Position numbers and translations under genes: made by a program. Shown here in pieces: positions 24,669 to 37,736 of a stretch of DNA of 64,000 nt. Under the pieces are notes generated by a model. That model saw only the letters and a list, made by a program, of their open reading frames with translations, was not told the origin of the DNA and searched no databases. The stretch lies in NCBI RefSeq assembly GCF_006345805.1, contig NC_043017.1, positions 3,534,001-3,598,000 on the forward strand, in the 5' to 3' direction. Within the stretch, counting starts at the first letter, position 1; the number at the start of each line of letters is the position of its first letter. The DNA is from Octopus sinensis. Taxonomy: Eukaryota.

Positions 24669-26524
24669 CAATTCAATCTACACATTAAATATATTTGACT
24701 AACACCCAATAAACTACCACGGCACATAAGCATATGGCTGAATGGTTAGGGCTGATGATTGTAAGACTGTGAGGTCAATTCCTGGTGGTGTGTTGTGCCC
24801 TTGAGCAAGACACTTTACTTCATGTTGCTCCTGTCCACTCGGCTGGTAAACACAAGTTGTACCTGTATTTCAAAGAGCCGCCTCGTCACATTCTGTGTGG
24901 TGCAGTCCCACTGCATGGCATCTTAGGCCAATGTCTTTTACCATTGCCTTGTTTCAACGAAATCTTTGTGACCTTGTGAATATAATTGAGTTGATGGAAA
25001 TTGTGCTGAAGTTAGATGTTTGACTTGTCCAGCATAGGGGGCGCTAACAGGAGCTTGCACTCTGCTAGCATTACTCTCAGGGTCATTGAGAGAAACAAGA
25101 CTAGAGTTTGTGGTGGAATAATAGTTCTCAAAAAAGGCTTAAAACCAGAAATTTGGGTAGGTTGACATGAGTCAATTATACTAATCTTACTTCTTTATTG
25201 CCCACAAGGGGCTAAACACAGAGGGGACAAACAAGGACAGACAAAGGGATTAAGTCGATTACATCAACCCCAGTGGGTAACTGGTACTTAATTTATCGAC
25301 CCCGAAAGGATGAAAGGCAAAGTCAACTTAGGCGGAATTTGAACTCAGAACGTAACGGCAGACGAAATACTGCTAAGCATTTTGCCCGGCGTGTTAATGT
25401 TTTTGATAGCTTGCCACCTTCAATTATATTAATCTTAATGCTTCACTGGTACCCTATTGTATTGGCCCTACAAGGATGGGCAAAGTTGAATTCAGAACAT
25501 GAAGGGCCATAACTTAATACCTGAAGGCATTTTGTCCAACCCCCCTCGTGACTTTTCTTATGCTTTTTAACATTTAGTTTCTCTGTTCCTTCTACAGGCT
25601 GTTCACCTTTCGCCAGCATTATACGACCATGTTATCGACGACTTAGGAAAATCTTTAATCCTGATCCTCAACAAGTTTGACCTTGTACCGCCAGCGCTTG
25701 TTATCGCTTGGAAACACTATTTTCAAGAGAAATTTCCCAAATTGCATATTGTGTGCTTTTCCTCATTCCCAAACGGCAAAAATAATTCAAAGTTCCAAAC
25801 AGCGGATCCTGGTAAAGGTAGAGAACAAGAATTTGATTTATTTAATTTCATGAGATTATTTTTGACATTCAAATTTAATTTGTCAAAATATTTTCGTCGC
25901 TTTGAGACCGCGACCTGTTCACTGACAAAACATTGTGCAGCATGAGGTTTTGTCAGTGAACAGGTCGCGGTCTCAAAGCGACGAAAAGATTTTGGCAAAT
26001 TAAATTTGAATGTTGAAGTGAATCTAACGGTTTTGTGTGTTTCTTAAATGGCTTATAAACACCTTCCACACTGCAATTGTTTTCGTTCCAGCACACGATC
26101 TCAGATCAAGTTGCTCGCTATGCAAGTACATCTCCGTAATATTTTTGATATTTTTTTTTATTAACCCCTTACCCCCAGGTCAACCCTGATTGATCGACCG
26201 ATTACCAAAGGCCTTCCATCTGTGACCATCTTGACTTTTGTTTTTATTGACCCATAATATCCGGCGTTAGGAAGGGCATCCAGCCATAGAAACTCTGCCA
26301 GATCAGACTGGAGCCTGGAGCAGCCCCTGGCTTCCCAGACCCCGGTCGAACCGTCCAACCCGTGCTAGCGCAGAAAATGGACGTTAAACGATGATGATGA
26401 TGATGATGAATGTGACTGTGTGGTTGCTTCCCAACCATGTTGTCTCAGGTTCAGTCCCACTGCATGACACTTTGGGCAAGTGTCTTCTACAACAGCCCTG
26501 GGTTGACTGATGCTTGTTATATAC

Positions 26525-26560
<36 letters not shown>

Positions 26561-27015
26561 CCTTGTCTTAACATCATATGACGGTTGTAGATGGGTATCA
26601 CAGTCACGCAAGCAATACTGTTTATTTCCAGTCTTCTGTGGAACTCATATCCGGCCATGGGAAATATCACCATGCTTGGAAACAAGTAAGGGTTGGCAAC
26701 AAGAAGAGCATCCGGCTGTAGAAAATCAGCCTCAATGAATTCTGTCTCCCTCATGGAAGTATGGAGAACCTGCTAAATGATGATGGTGATATGAGTGCCA
26801 CATGAGAAAGATTTGGCTGTTGTTTTTCTCTTCTGTTTTTTTGCAGGTGAAATAACCATGTAAAGTACATTATTTGCATTATTTATATTCAATGGATATT
26901 TGCCCTCGTCTTGTTTGTTGTTAACACAACGTTTCAGCTGATATACCCTCCACCCTTCTTCAGGTGTCTTGGGGAAATTTCGAACCTGGGTTCTCATTCC
27001 TAAGGTATTTTTCTA

Positions 27016-27048
<33 letters not shown>

Positions 27049-28228
27049 GGTCACTGCCTGGAATCGAACTCGGAATCTTGGGGTTATTAGCCCTTGCTCT
27101 TAACCACTACGCCATATGCCGTGGCATAACTATCCAATCTTTTTTGTTTAGGATTACATTGTTAAATGAATCCTTCCTGTTTTGAAGACAGTGGAGGTGT
27201 GATCAGAGGGAGATTTGGTTGCTTTTTCTGGCAAGTCAAGAGGCCACATAATGTTTCTCATTGTTGTTGATATGATGGTACATAACGATGAGATTAAAGC
27301 AACCAAGCTATTAGGCTACAAGCTGCTGTACAGGCTTATATGACATAACAAACCTGTTCTGTTACTCTGATCATCAAATTGATCCTGATTGCAAACATCC
27401 TGTTGATAAGGGGATCCTTTCAGCTCTCCCTCTCTCTCTCTCTCTCATACTCCCTTTTCTTTCGTTCTCTCACTATATATCTCTCTTTCTCTATCTCTGT
27501 TGTTCTCTTTCTTTCTCTTTCTCGTCCATTCCCTCTGTCTTTCTTTCTGTCCTCTCAGAAGCCCTGATGTATGCACGTTACAAACGAATGCGATGTAGTG
27601 TGACTGGCAAGTAGTCAGGGCTGCACTGGATGGTGTGTTGTGATCTAAGAGATAAGCTGGGCATCAATAATCGGAGGAGTGGAGTGAATCGGTGAATAGA
27701 TCAGATTTTTTTTTGTGTGTGTGTGTATGAAAGAGAGAGAGAAGGGACATGTATATTCACAGACAAACTGAATAAAAAGAGAAGGAAACTGATTTTGATT
27801 GATAATTATTACTACTTTGTCCATGGTCTATTGGCTAGGTTGGTGCTTGTCTCCGTTTTCTACAGTGCTAAGTAGGGAAGGAGGATTCATTTGTTATTAT
27901 TGGCTTCACTGTTTGAAACTGTAGTTATTTTATTGATCCAGGGAGGATGAAAAGCAAAGTCGACTCCAGTGAGAACTTATATCAAAAGGACTGCTAACCT
28001 GGGGCACAGGGCCAAAAATTGCAAGCGATTGAGACAGATGATTGAATTGACTAACATTTGATTGATAGTATATTTTATTATTGGCTCTTGGGGAGTCGAT
28101 CTGTCTGGGATTTGAGCTCAGCATAGAAAGGGATCTAGATGAAGCCTACAAATTTTCTCCAGTGCTTTACTTGTCCTGTCAACCATGTCGTAATAGTAGT
28201 AATAGTTATAGTAGTAGTAGTAGTAGTA

Positions 28229-28271
<43 letters not shown>

Positions 28272-29855
28272 TAATGATAATGATTTCATATTTTGCCACA
28301 AGGCCAGCAATTTTGGGAGAGTGGGTACGTTGATGACAGCAACCCGAGTACTCATTTAGTGGAGGCATGTGGCCTTGAAACTAAATTTCCTTCATCACAA
28401 ATTCTCCTATCGTCAATGGTTTGGATAAAAATTCAGATGCATGACTGCATCGTTTTAACACCCACTTTTCCATGCTTGCATGGATCTGATAAAATTTGAT
28501 GATGGATTTTTTTATGGCTGGATGCTCTTCCTGTTGTCAACCTTCACCTATTTTCAATTAAGGTGATATTTCTTCATGAGCAGGCATTTTTTTTTACTGG
28601 AGATTGAAAATGGAGGACACTGCTTGCATGATGATGACACTCGTTTTACAACAATCACATAATGTCAGGGCAATGACACACACACACTTGATGGGCTTCT
28701 TTTAGTTTCCCTCTACCAGATGCACTCACAATGCTTTCGTTGGCTTGGGGCTATAGTGGAAAACACTCGCCCAAGTTGCTGTGCAGTGGGATTGAACCCA
28801 GAGCTATGTCATTGGGAAGCAAACTTCTTACCACACAGCCACACCTGTGCCTATGAGATAAATCTCTCTCTCTATAAAGCTGAAGTTGTCTGTGTATGGC
28901 ACGTTTAGTAGCCTTTAACTAACACTATCTCCTCAAAGATCCTGCAGCACAAGTTGACCAAAATTGAAAGTATGATAGAAGGCGACTTGCTCTTCCTTCC
29001 GTAGAAGAAAAATTCAAATTAGACCATGTTAAGGCCAAAAATTATTTACATCAAAAAGGTGCTTTTTTTTCCTATGAAAATCCCTATTTTTTACGATTTT
29101 TTGACTGCTGTGTCGCCATTTTTCAGTGTATTTCAACCAGAAAAATGTTCACTTTAAGAGAATAATAAGCTACATAATGCAAAATTTTTTACTTTTCAAA
29201 AATTCCGATCCTAAAGGGTCGAAACAAACCCGAGCAATTCCAAGCAATACTGTTAGATAAATTATAATTCTCAGAGACATGAAATAACTCTGATGTATTT
29301 CATTTTTCAATACAAAAGTTGGTAACTCCAATATTTTTTCCCCTCACCTTTCCATCTTGACTTGTCATACTTAGCTGAAATGACAAACAGCATGATTGGA
29401 CGGTTGGCGGTAGTCAGGACAGGCATCCACATTTACCGTTCCACTGCTTTCACTTTCTGGACTGTAAGCAAAAAAACTATTCAACTGTTAAGCTGGAATC
29501 TCTTCAATCATAGATCTATACTTAGGCACCACTGCTAACAACAGCAACAACAACAACAACAAAAATAAACAGCCTACGAGGGAATCATCATATGGTTGTT
29601 TAACCTACTAGAAATAGCTGCCAAATTTCCCTCAAATCACACTTCTTTGAGTAATATGATCCTGGGTTCTCTGCACACAGGAAAAAGGTAGAATGTCTTT
29701 GATTGCAGCAGGAATGCTTTTGATCATAAGTAACCTCAATGAGGGCTGACCTGGGGCTAAACAACAGCAACACAAATAGCGCCATCTCACCATTGTATGT
29801 TTCTTGTTTATTTTCTTGTTTTGTTTTCAACACCACCAATCACTTTATTATCATT

Positions 29856-29890
<35 letters not shown>

Positions 29891-32800
29891 TATTATTATT
29901 AACTGATTAATAAGTACTAATGTACTTATCTAAGGGTTTAATTCTCCTTTGAAATGATTATTATAACAATATAAATGATAATAATAAAAAGCTCTTGGTT
30001 GTGTGTTTATCCTTTATACAAACAAGCGAGGCAGTCTTGTAAATAAAGAGCAGAAACCATCCAAATACCATGCCTGATTGAACAACACTTTACTGATGTT
30101 GTAACCTGTCCAGTGTTTGAAGTAAGCAATAAAAATAACAGAACATAAAACTCCTTTGCTAATTAAACAATGGCAATTTATTTTCCTCGCCTGTTTTTAT
30201 AGAAACACTAGAAATGTGAGCTGGAAAAAAAAAAAGTAAATATAGAAATAGTTCTGTTTTTTTTTTGTTTTTTTTTATGGCTTTTGGTTTGGAGGAAGTG
30301 GCTTTGCTTTTGTGGCCCTTCACAGCACCTCTGTGATCAAAGAGCTTTCCATGGTTTGTGTTTATTTTGAACAACTGCTGCAGGTTGATCGCATCAGGGG
30401 AAAATATGGATAGAGAGGGAATTCCAGGGGGTTGTTGTCCTCAGGAAGGACTGGGAAGCATGGATAATGCAGGACTAGGGGAGTGGATGCAATATAAATG
30501 ATGAAAAGAAGGGGGAGAGAGACACAGGAGTTGGAAGGGTCTAAATCAATGGTTCTCAAGCGGGGTCCATAAAAGATTTTGTTGTTAAAATTCATCTGCA
30601 ATAAATTGGTTATACATCTACAATCCACCAATTTTATTTTAACAATTTTTTCATACAGTCCCAAATAATATTTAATTACAAAAATTTAATATGATTTTTT
30701 TAAACATCGAATGGCTAGGAGGGTCCATCTGAGTAAAATAAGAATCAAAAGGGGTCCACAGGTATGAAATGGTTGAGAAGCAGTGGTCTAAATGGAAAGG
30801 GCCAAAGGCACATGACCAGCCAGCTCTAAAGAGCAGATGTTGTGGAGACTCTGTGGCAAACAGGGCATCTCGTTACCCGGGATATGCATGCAGGATGTCG
30901 GGGACCGCTTGTGGATTCAATATTCCCACAAAACTTCTTCTATGAATCCTATTCAGGACCAGAGAAGAAGTTGGCTCGACCTGCCCTGGGTGAGTGGTAG
31001 TAAATGCAGATTGTGGAGACACAGCATTTCTGTGGGCCAGAGGCTGGAATGTATTGATAAGCATCATCATCACCATCATCATCATCATGGTTTTAGGCAG
31101 ATTGTATGATGTTTGTGTACGAATGGCTGTATTCTATGGTAGTGAGACATGGGTTCTGAAATGTAGAAGACATATGTAGACTAGAGAGGAATGAAGCTGG
31201 TATGCTCTGATGGACGTGCAACATCAGTTTGAATGTGCAGCGAAGTGCAAATGTGTTGAGAAAAAAGTTGAACATAAGTGGAATCAAATGCAGCATGCAA
31301 GAGAGGAAAATGTGTTGGTTTGGACATGTGATGCATACGAATGAAGATGGCTGTACAAAGAAGTGCCGATTGCTTAAAGGGGAGGGCACCTGTGGAAGAG
31401 GGAAACCCAGGAAGACATGATGTGCGGTAGTGAGGACTGATCTCAGGATACTGGGCTTCATGGAAGAGATAACAACGAATTGAGATGTCTAATGATATGG
31501 AATTCTTGAGAAGACCCCGCCCACTTCAGTGAAACTGAGCTTTGGAAGTGCTGTGTGTTCCACCCACATGTAAGAATAATATTTTTGACACACCCTACCC
31601 CAGTAAACCAAACTATGTCTCCACTTCTCTTCCTCCCATTTCCTCTTTTGCATGCACCATGCTTATTCTTACCTCTCCCTCCCCACCCCTGCAGCCCAAT
31701 CATGTCCTCACTACCCCACCCACTGTATCATTGCTATCCTATTGTCTTTGCCTCCTCTGTATGCTCAGGTTTCACCAGTAGCTGCATCCCGCCTCCCTTT
31801 GCATTCATGAAGAGAAGTTTGCTTATTGGGGTAGGATGTGTAAAAAATTTCATTGTTACATGTGGGTGGAACACAGCACTTCCAAAACTCGGTTTCACTG
31901 AAGTGGGCGGAGTCTTCTCGAGAACTCTATATTGCCAGACATCTCGGTCCATTGTTATTTCTTCCTTGAGGCCCAACATCCTGAGATCGGTCCTCACTAC
32001 TTCATCCCATACCTTCTCGGATCTCCCTACTCATGCACTCTTGGCAATACTCAACCATCTCATTTATATTTCCATCCCCTCACCTAATGGGTATTTCCGG
32101 GAACATTGCCACCATATCTCTCTCTCCCTTTCTCTTTCTCTGGCTGGAGTAACCATGTTCCTCTTCTAGTCACAATCTAACTTCTCATCACCTGACATAG
32201 ATCCATCTCCTCTTGTCCACCCCACCCCTCAAAATTTCTTTGTCTTGCGAGTTACTCGGTGACCTAACTGGTGTTGGTGCCATGTAAAAAGCATCAAGAT
32301 GGTTGGCATTTGGAAGGGCATCCAGCTGTAAAAAACTATGCCAAAACAGACCTTGCCAGTGTTGGTGCCAGGCCACTTTGTAAAATGGTTGGCATTAGGA
32401 AGAACATCATGCTGTAAAACCCATACCAAAACAGACCTTGCTGTTGCTGGTGCCATGTAAAAAGTACTGTCCATTCTGTAAAATGGTTGGCATTAGGATG
32501 GACAGCCATGCCAAAACAGACAGTAAAACCTGGTGCAGTCTTCTGGGTTGTGAGCTCCTGTATAAATAACTGTCCAACTCATGCCAGCATGGAAAAACAG
32601 ATATTAATCAATGATGATGATGACTTGCATGGCTTGGATGTTTTGAGGTAGATTCTCTATGATCAGACCACCTCATGGGCCAGACATGTTTTTGCAGAAT
32701 ATTGGAAATGAATGATGATGCTTTTATGACATTGACACTCATTTACAATGATTGTGTGATGTCAAAACAAGGAGACACAGATATGCACACATTCACATGC

Positions 32801-35800
32801 TACATACATACATACATATACATAATACATACATACATACATACATACACATAATACATACATACATATACATAATACATACATACATACATACATACAT
32901 ACACATAATACATATATAATACACACACACACGCATATACATACATACATACACACATACACACACGATGGCTACTTGTAGTTTCCATCCTCCAAATCCA
33001 CTCACTAGGTTTTGATCATCTTAGGGCTATTGCAGAAAACACTTGCTCCCTAGGTTCCACCAAGTGAAACTGAACCCAAAACTGCATGGTTGGGAAGTGA
33101 ACTTCTCAATCACACAGCCACACTTGCACCTAATTCCTGTTAATCAATGGTGGGTGGCCCATTTTTCTTTCAAATGTGGTTTCTGTGTGTAGCCCAGAAC
33201 ATTATGTATAGCTGCAGCACTGTCCCAGATGTCGAAGCAATATGCCAAGCGTGTCTTACCAAAGATTTAGCCTTGACTCAGCTTGGAATGAGCAATTTTC
33301 TGATCAAAGACATTCCAGCTGCGACCACCTCGTCTTTCTATATACAAGACTGTTTTGTCCCTTGTGTCCTTCTTCTTTTAAATTAGCAGGGTGTGATTTG
33401 AGTGAGATTTGGTTGATATTTCTAGCAATGGTAGTGTTTGTTATTGTTTAGGTCCCAAGTCAGCCCTGATCAAGCAGATCTACGATCAAAGATTTTCCAG
33501 CTGTGACCATCCCGTCTTTTCTTGTTCATCTTGGACTACATTGTCCAATGTGTCCTTCTTCCACTTTTTAAGATGGTAGCATATGGATTAACGAGATAGC
33601 TAGCTACTATTTTCAGCAAGTGCTGCAACCCTGTAGAGGCCTTCATTGTTTGCCTCTATATATAAGCATGTTGTTTAATGAATAAACTGAGTTAATGTTA
33701 TTATGTGTTTGTTGCTAAGAAGAAAAACTGCCGAGGTAGACATAGGCAACATTGAAAACATGATGAAGGAAATATAAACAATAAACTGTCATTGCTATTA
33801 ATGTTGTTGATCATCATCATCATCATCGTCATCATCATCATCATCATCATCATCATTACTTATCATCATCATTATCATCACTGCCTCTCATCATAATCAT
33901 CATCATTACCATCACCATCACTTTCCCCACCGCTACCATCCTGTTCTTCATTAACATCACCACCATCGTCATCGACCACCACCACCACCATCACTACAAC
34001 CACCACCACCACCACCCTCATCATCATCATCATTGGTGTTGGCCTTCTAGTCATCAGTATTGGCATCATCATCATCATTATCATTATCATCACCACCATC
34101 ATCATTATCAACATCATTATTGATATCACAATTGTTGTAAATACTAGCAACAGTATTATCATCACTATGACCACCATCGCCACTAGAACCTTCCCTCCCA
34201 CCATCACCATCATCATCACCACCACACCACCACCATCTTTTTCATTATTATCTACATCATCCTCATTAATATTATAAATATTTACAAAGGAAGCAGGTTT
34301 GTTTTCTTTTGTTTTGTGTTTTGTGTTATCTAACAATTGCTGTTCAGTTGAATAATCACCATCATCAGTCTTAACGAACCAAATCAGAACGACTCACGAA
34401 ATGGGGGGGGTCAACAGCCAGACCGACAGACAGACCAACGGATGGACGGATGGACAGACTGGTGGACAGAGGGACTGAGAATAGAGAGAGAGAGAGAGAG
34501 GGGAAGTGTAGAGAGGAGCAAATTGTTGAATATTTACCAACCGGAAGTGAGAAAACAGGTTCCCTGTTTGATTTGATCCCAGATATTGAAAAACGAATGA
34601 ATCATCAAATATTATACCTTTTTTTTTTATAGAAGGGGCCACTCCATCAATATGTTTGATTCCGCGTCATACAGGGGATGGATTAAAAGCAAAAATTGTA
34701 GCTCTTTACTCTTTTACTCTTTTACTTGTTTCAGTCACTTGACTGTGGCCATGCTGGAGCACCGCATTTAGTCGAGTGAATCAACCCCAGGACTTATTCT
34801 TTGTAAGCCTAGTACTTATTCTATCGGTCTCTTTTGCCGAACTGATAAGTTACAGGGACGTAAACACACCATCAGTTGTCAAGCGATGTTGTGGGGACAA
34901 ACACAGACACACATATGGTCAATCTTTGTCAAGTGGCTTCACTCTTCATGCTTTATCTTCGTTACTATGGCAACAGTCCGGATACTTATTGATCAGACCT
35001 CGTACAATAGCCTTGGGCTGATCAAAGCCCTCTGAGTGGATTTGGTTGATGGAAATTGTGTGTGTCACTTTGTATCTGTGTTTGTCTCCCACCACTGCTC
35101 GACACCAGTGTTGGTGTGTTTATGCCCCTTGGCAAAGGCGAGTCATAAAATAAATACTAGACTTGAAAAAAAAAATAAGCACTGGGCTTGATTCATTCAA
35201 CTAAAATTTTTTTCAAAAGCAGTGCTCCAGCATGACCACAATCTAATGACTGAAACAAGTAAAAGATAAAAGATGTGTGTATGTGTGTGTGTCTTTTAGA
35301 GTGATTTTTACTTAAGAAGTTTTGTGCTTCCCTTTATTTCCATTTCTCAGTGGACCCTCATTCGTCCAGCCCCTCTACACTAAATACTGATCTGATGAGA
35401 CCACAAAACATGCAAGTAACGTAATAATATATATACGATTGCTAAGTCCTGCCATTCATTTATTTCACTAGTGGGGGTCATAACTGAAATGCTAAACATA
35501 CATCCACATACGTGTTTGTGTGTCCATGTCTATTTGTGATAGTATACATGCTCAAGCCTCTGTCTACACGACTGTATGCGTATTTTTTTTTTTTTTTTCA
35601 AAATTGATTCGGTGATTTTTACCAAATTGAATTGCGACCATGTTGGAGCACAGCCTTGAAGGGTTTAGTTGAACTAGGCTTTAGGAAGGGCATCCAGCTG
35701 TAGAAACACTGCCAGATCAGACTGGAGCCTGCTGCAGCCTCCTGGCTTCCCAGACCCCAGTCGAACCATCCAACCCATGCTAGCATGGAAAACGGACGTT

Positions 35801-36690
35801 AAACGATGATGATGATGTTGATGTTGATCATGATCATGATGACAGCCAAGCCAAGTCAAGCTTCTAATTCTGCCAAGGATTTTTGCCTTTTTCGACTTTA
35901 TCCCTTACACTTGTAAATCTTACAAGTCTCTGCTCATACAATTCTCAGAAAAAGGTTCTTTAATCATAGTTAATCCAAAAGGTATTTCAATAAGTGTTAC
36001 ACGTTGGGTGGCCTCAGAAGCAGCACTGGATTAACAATTAAACAAAATAAGCACGTGCGTAGGACATTAAGGGAAATGGGCAGTTGCGGGGGGGGGGAGG
36101 CACCATAGAATGGTAAATAGTTCTATTGCACAAAAGAAATCACTGAAAAGATTCTAAAATAAAAATTCAAAGTGGTTTATATGACTGGAAATATAATTTT
36201 GAAGTGTTTATGGTGTTGTAAGGATTTGATCAAGTAAACTTTTCAGATACTCTCTTACATGTTTCAGTTATTTGACCTGTGGCCATGCATGGTGGAGGAC
36301 CGCACATTGAGTATATATTACTTCCAAGGATCAGCTAGCTAGGAAACAAATTTAGCCTGGATTTTACCTGTTATACCCCCTCAATTTGGATTTTTATTCA
36401 CATTCATAGAAACTCTGGTTGCTAACTGTAAACTATAAAAAAAGATTTTTGGCTTATTGATATGGGTAAAACCTACAATCTTCAACATCAATAAACTATT
36501 ACTGTTCCTGAAAGCTGTGTTTTAAGCCTACCATGGACTGCTTGAAGCTTACCAACTTCCTACACTTTGATCCTTAGATCTTACATATATACCTATTTTG
36601 CATTTCATACCCACACTAATATATGTAATATATCTGATATATCTAATTTGATTATCTGCATAATTGCCCCTCTCTCTCTCTCTCTCTATG

Positions 36691-36731
<41 letters not shown>

Positions 36732-37702
36732 CATCATCATCGTTTAATGTCCATCTTCCATGGTGGCATGGGTGGGATGGTTTGACAGGAGCTGGCCTTG
36801 ACAGAAGCCTACACCAGACTTCTGTAACCATTTTGGCAGGATTTTTACAGCTGGATGCCCTTCCAAATACCAACCACTTTACAGTGTGAAGTGGATACTT
36901 TTTTAAGTGGCACCTGCACTGACAGGGCCACCAAGTACTTACAAGACAATATATGTGAATAAATAATTTGTAAGTCTTGTGAGCTTTTCGTTAGACATAC
37001 TATGCAGATTTTTTTACTGTTAGTGTTCAATGAACTTTACCATAAGAGACGGGTCAGCGAGACCTAGAGTTACAGTGACCCCATATCAAAGACAATTACA
37101 CCAAACGTAACAGTAACAATAGCTTCACAAACGAGGATTAATTATTACTAGTAGACTTTCTACCAGAAAGGTCTTGAGTGGGTGTAGTACGTACATTAGT
37201 AGTAATAGCACAGAATAAACTGCCTGATTAGTTTCATTTGTTGCTATGGAGATAAAAATAAATAATTAGTTGACTGATTGATATTTGTTGTGATGGACTT
37301 TTTTTCTTTTCTTTTTCTATTTCGTCTTTTTTCTTTTTCACTTTGCTTGAGAGCTGAGATATTCATTTACTGGAAGAACAGAATATTTTGTGTTCACTTT
37401 GGCTGTGGTTGCTTTCTGCTATTTAAAAGTAGAGGAGAGTTTAAAACGCATATATGCGTATACATACGTGTATATGCATGTATGTATATGCTTCTATGCG
37501 TATATCGATACACATACATACACAGTGGGGATATGTGTGTCTGTGTGTGTGCATGTTTGGTAAGTAGCTTGCTTACCAACTACATGGTTTCGGGTTCAGT
37601 CCCACTGCATGGCACCTTGGGCAAGTGTCTCCTACTATAGCCCTGGGCCAACCAAAGCCTTGTGAGTGGATTTGGTAGATGGAAACTGAAAAGAAGCCTG
37701 CC

Positions 37703-37736
<34 letters not shown>

